A stretch of DNA of 64,000 nucleotides, taken from positions 154,134,001 through 154,198,000 of the forward strand of contig NC_086097.1 of assembly GCF_963921235.1 (NCBI RefSeq). Reading direction: 5' to 3'. The first letter of the stretch is position 1; the number at the start of each line of letters is the position of its first letter. The stretch comes from Mobula hypostoma (Eukaryota). Shown here in pieces: positions 51,960-64,000 of this stretch. Both the position numbers and the translations under genes were made by a program. The notes below the pieces were generated by a model. It was given only the letters and a program-made list of their open reading frames with translations, made no database searches and was not told the origin of the DNA.

Positions 51960-53375
51960 GGTGTCAAGAAAACAACATTTCCCTCAATGTTGCAAAAACA
52001 AAATAGCTGGTTGTGGACTACGGGAGGAATAGAGACAGGTTAACCCCTATTGACATCAATGGATCTGGGCTTGAGAGGGTGAACATCTTTCAGTTCCTCG
52101 GCATACACATCACTGAGGATCTCACATGATCTATACATACTGGCTGTGTGGTGAAAAAAGCACAACAGTGCCTCTTTCACCTCAGACGATTGAAGAAGTT
52201 TGGTATGGGCCCCCAAATACTAAGAACTTTCTATAGGGGCACAATTGAGATTATCCTGATTGACTGCATCACTGCCTGGTATGGGAACTGTACTTCTCTC
52301 AATCGCAGGGCTCAGCAGTGTGGTGTAGACAGCCCAGCATATCTGTAGATGTGAACTTACCGCATCTACATTTACAAAGACAGGAGTGTAGAAAGGACAT
52401 TTACAAAGATAGGTGTGTAAAAGGGCCTGAAGGATCATTGGGGACCTGAGCCACCCCAACCACAAACTGTTCCAGTTGCTACCAGGAGGGGAGGAGAAGA
52501 TGGCGGCGCGACGCAGCACGCGCGGCCACTCCAAAATGATATATTTGTGGGTAGGTACCGTGCAGAATCCTGATTTAATGGAGACAGATGTGAGAAGCAC
52601 GGAGGAACATCTGGAGAAACTTCTGAAATGCCCGTTTCGTTGCCGCTGCTACTGCGCGATCGAGAATCTCCGGAGGGGAAGGCCCCAAATCCTCGGCTTT
52701 GCCTATTGCCTGTTGCCAGGGCCGGGGTCGAAGTGCTCGGCAGAGATGCTGCTCGGTGCCGAGGGCTGGTCGGAGGCTCGAAGTTTTCGGACGGACTCAA
52801 GAGTCGGCTGTGGTCGGGTGCTTCCAGGGTGCTGCATCAGCAAGTTTGTGGCACTGGAAGCTCATGGCAGGGAGAGTTTTTTTTTCTTCTACTATCTGCG
52901 TGAGATGATAGGACTTTCGAGAGACTTTGAGACCTTTTTTTTTACCGTGCCCATGGTCTGCTCTTTATCAAATTACGGTATTGCCTTGCACTGCTGTAAC
53001 TATATGTTATAATTATGTGGTTTTTGTCAGTTTTTCAGTCTTGGTCTGCCTTGTGTTTCTATGATATCACACTGGAGGAACATTGTATCATTTCTTAATG
53101 CATGCATCACTAAATGACAATAAGAGTGGACTGCGTGTCCTCATAATTTTAAAAAAACAGTACCGCAGCATAAAAACCAGGACCAACAGGCTCTGGGACA
53201 GCTTCTTCCACGAGGCATTCAGACTGATTAATTCACGCTGATACAATTGTATTTCTATGTTATATTGACTGTCCTGTTTTACATACTATTTATTACAAAT
53301 TACTATAAATTGCAAATTGCACATTTAGACTGAGATGTAGAGATTTTTACTCCTCATGTGGTGTAAGTAATAATT
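51960..53375 (+). mobile_element. Rex1/Babar-like LINE 3' part, split by retroposon copy D
   Basis: ORF 52148-52348 KKAQQCLFHLRRLKKFGM..FYRGTIE..CITAWYG; sequence resumes after 53150 with YRSIKTRTNRL.DSFF. Confidence 0.82.
52485..53147 (+). mobile_element. ~660 bp non-autonomous retroposon, copy D
   Basis: Homologous to the other copies; closest to copy A. Confidence 0.85.
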
Positions 53376-53689
53376 AGCTTTCGATTGTCCTGATAGGTAT
53401 GGCTGCTTTGAAAGCTGTGCTTGCTTATATGAGGAAGGCAGAGTGGAGAAAGCATAGAGGAAAAAAGGAAAAGAGGATCATGGAAACCAAAAGCCAGTGT
53501 TGCTACAGCATCCCTATTCCTCTGTCACCTGTGTGAGAGGAGCCCAGTCTGGTCTAACCATCTCTACATACATTGCAACTCTATTGATTAGATGTCATGG
53601 TTTTCACAAGATCAAATGACAAACAAAACAAGGGACTAGTTTCAGATTGTTGTGCAAATCTCTTTATTAGGTTCTGGATTCTTCTCCTT

Positions 53690-53825
53690 TCTTTCCTGAA
53701 GGATCTTGGCCTAAACGTCGACTGTTTATTCATTTCCATAGATACTGCCTGACCCGCTGAATTCCTCCAGCATTTTGTGTGTGTTCCTTTGGATCTCCAG
53801 CATCTGCAGAATCTCTTGTGTTTTG
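53690..53825 (+). mobile_element. Penelope-like terminal repeat fragment
   Basis: cctgaagg.tcttggcctaaacgtcgactg...cagcatctgcagaatctcttgtgt; hammerhead core disrupted. Confidence 0.7.
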
Positions 53826-54964
53826 TTCAATATAAGCTGAGTCAAATATGGTTAGATTCTGTAGTAGGAGAGTTAATTGGATAGAGTGGCTAAAGCATTT
53901 CAGGATGTATATTGTATGCATTTCTCTGACATTAAACTTGACTTTTGAACCTTTGAAACTTAAATACGTGAAGACGAGGACAGGCACACTCCACAACCTG
54001 ATAGCATTAGATGCATCAATTTCAGGCATATATTGGCTATTTGTTTCATTATTTTTATGCCCAGTTTTGCAATGCTACATATGATCAGCCATGATCATAC
54101 TGAATGGCGGTGTAGGCTCGAAGGGCCGAATGGCCTACTCCTGCACCTATTTTCTATGTTTCTATTTAAAAACGCAAATCAAAATGAGGACATAATAAAA
54201 ACTTTCAAATATCAAGATACGTGAGATTTGTACCAGAAGGTTGAAATTAAATATTTGAAATTGGGAGTATCCAGATAACAATGGAAAGTTCACACACAGA
54301 ATTCTTGAGCCTTCTACAGTGTATTCATTTATTTTGATATAATATTTCTTCTTTATTGCATCTAACAGCCCGGTTTTGAGAAATGATCAAACAGATATTT
54401 TTTGACAACTGGCTTGAATTGCCATAAATTGATTCGGCTGTGAAACCATACAGCAAGATTGTTTAATAGGTATTTCAGAACATGTGCTCATGTGATTAGT
54501 GACACAGTCTTCAGAGAGCAAGGTTGCTTTATTTTCTACACAATTAGACATGACAAACTTGAGATGGCTATGCAGTAATACCTCAAAATATACACTGCAG
54601 CTCTCAATAATAAAACTTCATTATAGTAAAGTCAGTCCTGTGTTCCCCTTTATTTTGTTGTCAATTGTTCTGCAATTCTTCTTCAACAAATAATTTTGTG
54701 CTGCTACACAATTATCTCCAAAAGAAAATTTTTCATAACTAAGTTATTTTTCCCCAGGAAAGCATCACCTTATTGCATGAGAAATATTATTGTATTCTTT
54801 ATGAAAAATACCACTGTATATTTATGGCTAAACACCCTATTCAATAAATTTGGTAAAACTGTACAGCATAGGAACAGGCCCATTGGCCCACAATGCCAGT
54901 GCTGACCAAGGTGCCAAGTTAAACCAAACCTATCCAACTACACATTATGTATATCTCTTTGTTC

Positions 54965-55205
54965 CTCTCTTACCACCATTCAGGGCCCCAAACAGTCCTT
55001 CCAGGTGAGGCAACTCCTCACTTGTGAGTCTGTTGGGGTCATCCATTGCATCCGGTGCTCCCGGTGCGGCCTCCTCTACATCAGTGAAACCCGACACAGA
55101 TTGGGGGTCCGCTTCGTCGAGCACTTCTGCTCCGTCCGCCACAACAAACAGGATCTCCCGGTAGCCACCCACTTCAACTCTGCTTCCCATTCCCATTCGG
55201 ATATT
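54965..55205 (+). mobile_element. Penelope-like GIY-YIG endonuclease fragment
   Basis: VIHCIRCSRCGLLYISETR.RLG.RF.EH...LPVATHFNS; paralogous to 19516-19842. Confidence 0.85.
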
Positions 55206-55826
55206 TATACTATTTTATATGTTTTGCTGTATTGCTGCTGCAAAATAATAAATTCCACAACATACGTCAATGATAATAATCCTGATTCTAATTCTAATTC
55301 TGAGACTAGAAGATAAGATTTAGGGGAGTTGCAGTGGGGGAAGAATTTTAAGGGTGCCAGGAAGAAAACTGGCAGGGAGTTTGGAAGTGAATGCTTAGAA
55401 ATCGGAGAAGTACTGTAAATAGATGCAGCAAACTGATGATGAACGTTAAGAATATCCGAGCTGGGGAGGGAGTTGGAGTTGAAGTTAGGAATGGACTGAA
55501 GCAGCATAAGGACATTGTCAAGGAGAAACTGTGATGGTTTATTGGGGGTGTGAGCATCAATAAAAATGTATCTGATCTAAGCAAAATCAAAGCCTGAGGA
55601 TCCAACAGAAGCCAAGGTAAGGACTTGTTTTTAATGCTCCTTAAACTTCTGATTATGACCTGGTCTGAAGCTTAATCATGTTGTTCACAAACCTAGCAAG
55701 AACAGAAGGAAATTATTGATTCTGAACTCTTGGTAACGCTGTTCTAGACCAACAGAGACCCACAAAGTGTAGTTAGCCGATTTAGCATCAAAAATTCTTC
55801 TGAGGAGTATGAAATATATTACTTAC

Positions 55827-55897
55827 TGCTGTTCAGAGTCTGTGAAATGTAGATCGAGCTTCAGCTGGAAGTCCACTTCATTCAATGCCTCTTCCAC
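55827..55897 (-). CDS. FAM135B: FAM135B-like internal coding exon (71 bp; first exon in window)
   Basis: ctttgcag|GTGGAAGAG...GAACAGCA|gtaagt; translates [23 protein letters not shown](Q), matching the FAM135B sequence I recall ([23 protein letters not shown]). Confidence 0.93.
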
Positions 55898-57029
55898 CTG
55901 CAAAGCAAGTGAAATAAGTAAACAAAGATGGTATCCTCAGTATATGAATTGTGAAAAAACATCTTAAGAATGTTCTCAAATTTATTTTGTAAAAATATAA
56001 ATTCTTACTAACTGATGGAAATGTCTAACTCATGACTGCTTTGGATAGGGATGAAGATTCTCAGAAGGCACTGAAAACCTCATTCTTGGGAGTGGAAACC
56101 TGGCAAATCCCATGGAAAGAGCAAGTCATCTCCTACATTACCCATGCACCCACTCCTAAGGCAATAGTTGCAGATTTCACAATGGCCTTATCTGCAAACT
56201 TAGGACCAAAATCCTTAACCATGAGGAACTGCCTTGCCTTGCCTTCAAACAAAGAGAATTGTTTGAAAGCAAGACAAAAAACTATCACTGCTAAGTGTGT
56301 CATTACTAAAGGAAAGTCAGGGCAAACGAGAGTGGTTCTGCACTGGAAGATTTTCTGTTAAAAATAACTGAGCATTATTTCTCTAAAGAATAGTAAATTA
56401 GCATATTCTCCAACCTAATTAACCTCTTTCCTCATGACACCAGGAGCCTGAAAAAAAGAACAGATGTGAAAATGGTCAGCCTGAATTATGCAGTAATTGT
56501 TAGATACAAGGTTGGTGAGCATTATGGCAATGGTGTGCTAGAAGGTTTCAGTTCATGTCAACCACGATGTGTTTAAATATGGATTTCAATAGATTTATTA
56601 TGATTAACCTTAGAAGTTAGGATAAATGCATACGATCGCTTTTATCTGTGCATTTAATCACAGAAGATTTTTTAATATGTGAAAAACTGTACTACAGCAG
56701 AATTCAGAATGTGAGACAATGAACTTGCCAACGTTAGACAGAAATGATATACTGATTTTTCTCTGTTTCTTTAAAAAATTAAGATAATCACAGTCTATTG
56801 AATACAATTAAGGTTTTTTTTTACCTATTAAAAGCGTCCTCTGAAATGTTAACTGTTTCTCTTTCTACAAATGCTGCCTGACCTGCTGAATGTTCTCAGC
56901 ATTTTCAGTTTTAACTCCAAATTTACAATAATTATTTTAATTTACTCATTGTATTTCAAAGGTTTTATGAGTTTAAAGAAACAACACATTTGAAAGGATT
57001 GTCATCAACAAGTGCGAACCAGTTGGAAA

Positions 57030-58455
57030 GAGACAGATAAAAATCAGAATTAAATTTATTATCTCCGGCATATAGCGTGAAATTTGTTGTCTTTGCAGCA
57101 GTAGTACAATGAAAAACATAATAGAAAAAGTGTGAAGGTTAAATTGAATAAGTAGTGAGGTGTTGTGCATTGGTTCAGCGTCCGATCAGAAATCAGATGC
57201 CAGAGGGGAAGAAGCTGTTCCTGAATTGTTGAGTGTGTGTCTTCAGGCTTGTGTATTTCCTTCCTGATGGCATCAATGAGAACAAGCCATGACCTGAGTG
57301 ATGGGGGATCTTAACAATGGATCCTGCCTTTCTGAGGCATTGCTCCTTTAAGATGTCCTGGATAACTACAGAGGCTAGTGCTCATGATGGAGCTTACTTT
57401 GATCCTGCGTAGAGGTCACCCCTTACCAGGAAGTGAGGCAGCCAGCTAGAATGCTCACAATGGTACATCTGCAGTAATTAATGAGCGTCTTTGCTGATGT
57501 ACCAAATCTCCTCAAACTCCTAATGAAACATAGCTGCTGTCGTGCCTTCTGTGTAGCTGCACTGACTTGTTGGGTCCAGGATAGATCCTCAGAGATATTG
57601 ACCCTCAGGAATTTGAAACTGTTCACTCTTTCCACTTCTGATCCCTCTATGATGACTAGTGTGTGTTCCCTTGTCTTATCCTTTCTTAAGTCCACAATCA
57701 GTTCTTTGGTCTTACTGACATTTAGCGGAAAGATGTTGCTGCAACACCACTCAACTAGCTGATATATCTCGATCCTGTTCGGCCTCTTGTCATCTGAAAT
57801 TCTGCCAATAATAGTGATTCCATCAGCAAATTTATAGATGGCATTTGAGCCACACAATCATGGGTATAGAAGGAGTAGAGCAGTGGGCTAAGTATATATC
57901 CCTGAGGTGCACGAATGTTGATTGTCAGCAAGGTGGAGATATTACTTCCAATCCACACAGACTGTGGTCTTCTGGTTAGGAAGTCAAAAATCCAGTTGTA
58001 GAGGGGGGTAGAGGGTCTCAGATTCTACAGCTTTTTGATCAGAAACATAGGAATAATTGTGTTAAACACTGAGCTATAGTCAATAAATAGCATCTTGAAA
58101 AAGATATTTCTATTGTCCAAGTGATCCAAGGCTGCGTGAAGAGCCAATAAGATCGCAGTCATTCTGGATCTATTGTGGCAATAAGCAACTTGCAATGGAA
58201 TCAAATCTTTGCTGAGATAGGAGTCAATTCTAGCCATGATCAACCCTTGAAGTCATTGAGGCAGCTCACCCTGCTCTTCTTGGGCACTGGCATAATTGTT
58301 CCCCTTTTGAAGCAGGTGGGACCTTTCGACTGTTGCAATGAGAAACTGAAAATGTCTTTAAACAACCCCACCAGCTGGTTGGCATAGGTTTTCAGAGCCC
58401 TACCAGGTACTCCATCAGGGCCTGTCACTCAGCAAGAGTTCGCCCTCTTGAAAGA
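57030..58455 (-). mobile_element. Rex1/Babar-like LINE RT region and 3' end
   Basis: GPDGVPGRALK, PVPKK, MLFIDYSS.FNTI, APQG.ILSPLLYS.YTHDC, KFAD, KARQQL.F.R.LRRFG. Confidence 0.88.
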
Positions 58456-58961
58456 CCAATCCCAAGTTCTAGTGGCTTGTAACTTCAAAATTCAACATTC
58501 CCTTCAAAATTCAGTTGCAGATACAATGAGATCTCTATCACCAAGACTATAATTATCAGAGTTTTCACATATTTGAACCTACTGTGAGATCTTAACACCA
58601 CATATTATTTATTTTATCATTTGTGGGAAGTGAGTTCAGAATTAGAGAAACCCTCATTTGCTATTATGCAGGGCGAAAAAATTAGTAGATATGCGAATTG
58701 GCTATAATCTGATACAAACAAAACTTTGTTTCTTTGTTAAATTCATAGTAGAATGCAACTCTACACAAAAGAGAAAATTTAACATCTATAATAAGTTCTC
58801 CTTATATTATTTTAAGCAAAATCTCTAAGTTCTAATGGGCCCCAATAATCCATTTGATGTCAGTGCAGGTGCTGATACTGGGACCTGCAGGAAGAAGGAG
58901 TTAGAACCAAACATGTCCAGTGAGCGAATAAATTTCTGGATATCAATCCAAAATCCAAAAA

Positions 58962-59585
58962 GGGAGGAGAAGATGGCAGCGCGATGCAGTGCGCGCGGCT
59001 CTCCGGTGAAATGATATCGTATCTGTTAAATAGGGGCCGTGGACAATTCTGATTTGATGAAGACAGACGTGAGAAGCAGAGGAACATCTGGAGAAATTCT
59101 GAAATGCCTGGTTTCGCTGCCGTTGTTACTGTGCGATCGAGAATCTCTGGAGGGAAGGCCCCAAAATCCCCGGCTTTGCCTGCTGCTAGCGACCGAGGCT
59201 GAGGTAGAAGCATTCAGTTAGAGATGGTGCTCAGTACTCAGTGTCGGAGGGCTGACCAGAGCTCAAAGTTTTCGGACGACTCAGAGTCGGACTGTGGTCG
59301 GGCATGGCAGGGAGAGTTTTCTTCCTTCTCCCGTCTACGTGAGATGTGGGACTTTCGAGAGACTTTGAACTTTTTACCGTGCTCATGGCCTGTTCTTCAT
59401 CAAGTTATGGTATTGTTGCACTGTTGTAGCTATATGTTACAATTATGTAGTTTTGTTAGTTTTTCAGTCTTGGTCTGTCCTGTATTTCTGTGATATCACC
59501 CCGGAGGAATATTGTATCATTCCTTAATGCATGCATTTCTAAATGACAGTAAAAGAGGACTGTGTGTTCTCATAATCCAATCTAA
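58962..59585 (+). mobile_element. ~620 bp non-autonomous retroposon, copy E (short variant)
   Basis: Homologous to the other copies; shares an internal deletion with copy B. Confidence 0.85.
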
Positions 59586-60180
59586 AATTCAGAATGGATT
59601 CTTCCATCTCTACTTGCCAAGATTGGAACAGTAACTATAAAGATTGATTTGAAGCTAATAATTTACTAGAATTCCACAAGCTTGGCTGACTTTCTGTACT
59701 ATGCATCACATCATTATCCCCTATCAAGTGTCACAGTCTCTTCGATTCATGGGTGCAGAATCTATCTCTGAAACTCGTCTGATAATGTTACCCATTATAA
59801 AGCACAGTTTGGTAAAACACAACTAGTTTGTGATTCACTGCTTTTTCTCCAAATTCTTTCAGTAATTCTTTAGAAAGAACATTAGTATCTCCATTTTATT
59901 CATTCCCATTAATTTTAAAACACTTAAATTGATTTTCTTTTCTTTTTTTAACAAGAGCAGATTAATCTTTGTGGGTCTCATCAATCAGCAGTCAAAACTA
60001 TTTAAAATGCTTTTCTTTTCATTGCATTTATGAGGCAATATTGCTTACTTCCTTTACTGGCTCTTCTAATAAGCTTTTGATATATTATTCCACTTACAAA
60101 ATTTGAAGGAGTTCAATCATATACCCATTGAAGGCTTTATTTCTCCATTTACCCTTCTTTTCTCCACATGCAACTTTAAA

Positions 60181-60350
60181 ACAAAGTCAAGCACTCCTAA
60201 TCTCTATCTTTAGTGGGGCATTTCTCCCTTCTGAAAGGGAGTGAATAATTTGCACTGTGAAAGCTACAAAGTCAAGCACTCCTAATCTCTATCTTTAGTG
60301 GGGCATTTCTATCCACTGAAAGGGAGTGAATAATTTGCTCTGTGAAAGCT
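60181..60350. repeat. Tandem duplication of an 85-bp unit
   Basis: 60181-60265 and 60266-60350 are directly repeated with a few substitutions. Confidence 0.92.
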
Positions 60351-61329
60351 ACTGTATTAATGCAGATAATATTTACTCTGTTCATGGTATTGAGGTACCT
60401 GAAACTTAATAAATATCATGATGTAGAGGATAAATAAAAGGGGCACATTCAATACTTGAGGGACTATATCTTTCACTACTAACAGGAACACTTCCTGTTG
60501 ATAGAACAGTCCAAAAGACAAACTCTTTTAATTGTGGCAATGCTAATTAATATGCAGACAATTATAGCACATGTATTGATAGACAACAATAAAAAGAAAC
60601 AGATAATCTCAGAGCTGGAGTAAGTGTTGTCAGAAACAATCGCCCATGAAATATAATCCCAAAAAATCTAATTTGTGAAGAGCATTGTACTAGAAGAGAA
60701 TTGATTCAATTCCATCAATGCAAATTAATTATATAAAGCATTTATGTCAAAAATATTACAGAGAATTATTTTTAAAGCGTCCAGACTGTTATGTACCTTT
60801 GTAGTGTGTTTGCATTTAACCTCAGCTTTGTCACCACTGTAAATATCAGAATTAATTATTTCATTACAAGCAGACAGTCAATTATTATTTTTAAAAGACA
60901 GATATATTAACAATCAGTTGAACATAACCAACTTACTTGGAGGATAAGCAAATACTAATAGAAGAAACAAAGCTATTAAAGAGAATGGGAATAAAAGCAA
61001 CAAAACATAGGCAAGACTAGTTGCCTTATTATTCCCAGTGTTTTCATACATGTCATAAAAAGCTGACATGAGCCTGTACAATGATAATCACGACCTCAGT
61101 ACGGCAATATGATGACCACTTTGCACTACAATGGATTTTGCTTCTTTGTTCTAATTGTGGTCTTTCTTGTATAGTTTTGCATCATTTATCTTTAAAATAT
61201 GTTTTTTTTTGGTGAATATGTGTATCTGATGCTATGCCTGTGATGCTGCTGCAAATGGATTTCTCAATGCATCTGTGCAGGCATGGTGCTTAGTAAATTT
61301 ATAGCCACCTGCACCAAGGTTCAGGTAAA

Positions 61330-61970
61330 ATCATTGTATTGCTTACCATCCATACAGATCATTTCATTACAACAGTGTACTGAGATAGTACAGTGGAAAC
61401 AGAAGGAATGCAGAATAACGTGTTACAGTACAGAGAAAATGGAGAGCAGGTAGACAATAAGATGCAAAGTATAACAGAGAAGATTATAGGATCAAGAGTC
61501 CATCTTATCATACCAGGGAACCATTCATTAGTCTTATAACAGTGGGATAGAATCTGTCCTTAAGCTTATTGGTACAAGCTTTCAGACTGACAGGCCTCCT
61601 GCCTGTTCAAAAGGTAAAGAATAGAGAATGTCCTTACGGATGGAGTCTTTGATTATGCTGGCTGCTTTCTGTGACGGTGAAATGTGTAGACAGAGTCCAA
61701 AGCTGGTCTGTTCCTCTGATGTACAGAACTGTGACCACAACTCTCTGCACTTTCCTGTGGTCTCAGTCGGAACAGGTGCCATACCAAATTGGGATGCATC
61801 CGATAGGATGATTTCTTTAGTGCCTCGATAAAATTGGTGAGGGTCAAAGGAGACATATCAAATTTATTTCCAAATTCCTCTCAACCCCAGAACTGTTGGT
61901 GTTCATAGAAGTATGTACACCACCCCTCTTTCTGAAGTCAATGTCATGATCTTTTGCTGACATTGATAAA
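61330..61970 (-). mobile_element. Rex1/Babar-like LINE 3' fragment
   Basis: MSPLTLTNF and KAASIIKD remnants; 3' UTR similar to 21050-21330. Confidence 0.65.
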
Positions 61971-64000
61971 AAGAATGAAATAAATTCAATTCGAACTTCT
62001 ACATGCACTTACTTGTTCTGACCAGTTGCCTATTCAGTATCTTTCACTCTTGGGGACTACTGTACCACTTATTCCTGGCTTCACTGTCCAACTTTTCAAT
62101 AGGACAGTTTCTTCTCTTGTTTCCACTCCAGAGAGCCACTTTCTATCTTGTATTAATTGATCATCTCAGTCTATATCCATCCACAGAAGAATATTTACAA
62201 TTTAAGGCAATTATTTAAAATGATTTTTTTGTTAATCAACCTTCTCAGATATGCTTGTGCTTCAAGAGGACAACAGTTCTGCATGCATGGAAATTGTAAT
62301 GCTTGCCTCTCACTATTCGCTCAATTAACGCAAGTTATTCATGAAATCCTTTGGTCAGGTAGCTGGCAGAAATGCTTGACGAAGCAGACTGTGTAAGAGC
62401 CCAGTTCTAGCAGCAGCAAAATGAATTATTTTTTTAAAAAAGAATTTTGAACAGTTTGCAAAGGAAAAATAAAATCATAGTAAGATAATGGATAATAGTT
62501 ACAATGGCAATATTACATTTGTCAGATTACATCTATCAGGATGCATGATCACATTCACTGCTTTCTGTGTACTGAATCAATGACCACCAACTGGAACTGG
62601 AGATGCAGCTCAATAACCTACAGCTCATATGGAAACTGAGGAGGTGACTCATTGGGCTGGTTGGCCAAATTTTGCTCCTATGTTTTATGGTCTACTCACA
62701 ATTGAGAATATGAGGAAAAACTAATTTTATTAACATGTAACAACTTGTTTTATTAGTTCCTCTGGGTCAACTATCTTTCATCCAAAAACAAATCACACAT
62801 GGGTAGGAATATAATCACATCGTTTTAATCCTTGCCGAAAAGACAAATAGCCACTATTCCATCACCCAACCAAAAACTTTAATGACCTGTGAACATTAAA
62901 CAAGGTTAGAATTTGAGTCATAATGACCAATTTGATTCTCAATGAAGCCTGCCATTGGAGATATATCTAGAGAGATTCCATGCTGCTACAAATACATCCT
63001 GTTGGTGCCATTTTCCTGTACTTGCCTGGCAAGAAGCATGGACTCTATTTGCAATGACCTGAATTTTTTTATGCTTAGGTTACCAAACTGAGACGTGCTA
63101 TTGCTTGAATGTACTGAAAGCTGGCAGGCCACAAACTGGGTAAAGGAAGGTGTGGTAGCAAGGGAGTATGGTTTCACTTTGGAGAAAAAAAAGGAATTAC
63201 AATAAAATTTATCCAGCTCCTTAACTTCAGTACTCACCTAAAAATTCAAAGTTATGACAAATGAGGATTCAAGCAAAATCATCCCTCTGGTTTAAAGAGA
63301 ACGGAAGAAAAATGGTACAAAGAAATGGCTCTTCCTAAAATAATCTAGCTGCATGTAAATGGACTTGATTTATTTATAAAGCACAAGTTGCAAGATGAAT
63401 AAAGGCAGCCAAAGGCAATGCAGGAACTAAGTGCTGACATTTTTCAGCTCCAAAAAGCAATATATTGCTTGTATAACCTTCCTATGAGGCAGTGCCTCCC
63501 ACTACTGCTAAAATATGGTGAATAATGGCAAATACTAATTGCCTGTGTTCACAGAAGTAATATTGCATCATACCTTATAAACTGAACTTGCTGCCAAAAC
63601 TATGTCATTCTTCATTTGAAAACATATTACTGCAACAAAAAGTGAACTAATTAGTCAGTGAGATTCACTGCAATAACAACAAAATATCAGCTTAATTGCT
63701 ATTTTCTATATACCAAATACAGCAAAGGCCATGAGCGCTGGATATCCAATTAGAGAAAATCAAAATCTACATAAAGCAAGGACTGACAGTGAAATTTCTA
63801 CTTTGTCCTGTCACCATTCATCAATTTGATGTCCCTCAGTAATCTGGCAGGCATTCGATGAATGGTTAATCTATGATTGTAACTTGCCAAGCCTTAAGAA
63901 CAGAAAATAAAGTTGCCACGTTGATCAACTTACTGTCTGAGTGTTCTACCTTCTAATATACTTGCAATCGCACATATTTGTTCTGCAGTTCCAATTTGGA

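Noticed and set aside
62005..62200. Strong minus-strand donor (CAA|gtaagt at ~62011) as a possible missing upstream FAM135B exon
   Set aside because: The frame required to join the 71-bp exon has a stop codon within 8 codons and shows no similarity to FAM135.
62986..63237. ORF beginning MSTEVKELDKFYCN, reminiscent of the FAM135 N-terminus (VELHKFYN)
   Set aside because: Similarity is limited to about 5 residues with no following VDLFQRG, and the intervening expected exons are not found between here and 55897; treated as coincidence.

Overview
This window is vertebrate genomic DNA. The repeat content (CR1, Rex1/Babar-like LINEs, V-SINE, Penelope-like elements) suggests a cartilaginous fish, probably a ray; that assignment is an inference. 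The only host coding sequence I can support is seven internal exons of a FAM135B-like gene on the minus strand (55827-55897, 38069-38242, 37232-37358, 16498-16651, 12224-12273, 3387-3542, 501-574). All have AG/GT boundaries and they splice into one open frame; the gene's start and end lie outside the window. The introns are packed with mobile DNA: CR1 and Rex1/Babar-like LINE relics, Neptune-type Penelope-like elements (RT + GIY-YIG), two solo LTRs, Tigger, mariner and Chapaev3-like DNA transposon derivatives, and several SINEs. Most notable are: (i) Penelope-derived terminal repeats carrying minimal hammerhead ribozyme cores, repeatedly inserted as TSD-flanked fold-back hairpins; (ii) a five-copy ~620-680 bp non-tRNA retroposon with a YY1/L1-like head and a stem-loop plus ATCTA tail; (iii) two AG|GT recursive-splice-like sites on the gene strand. 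TE boundaries without a TSD are approximate, and all family names come from motif recognition, not database searches.
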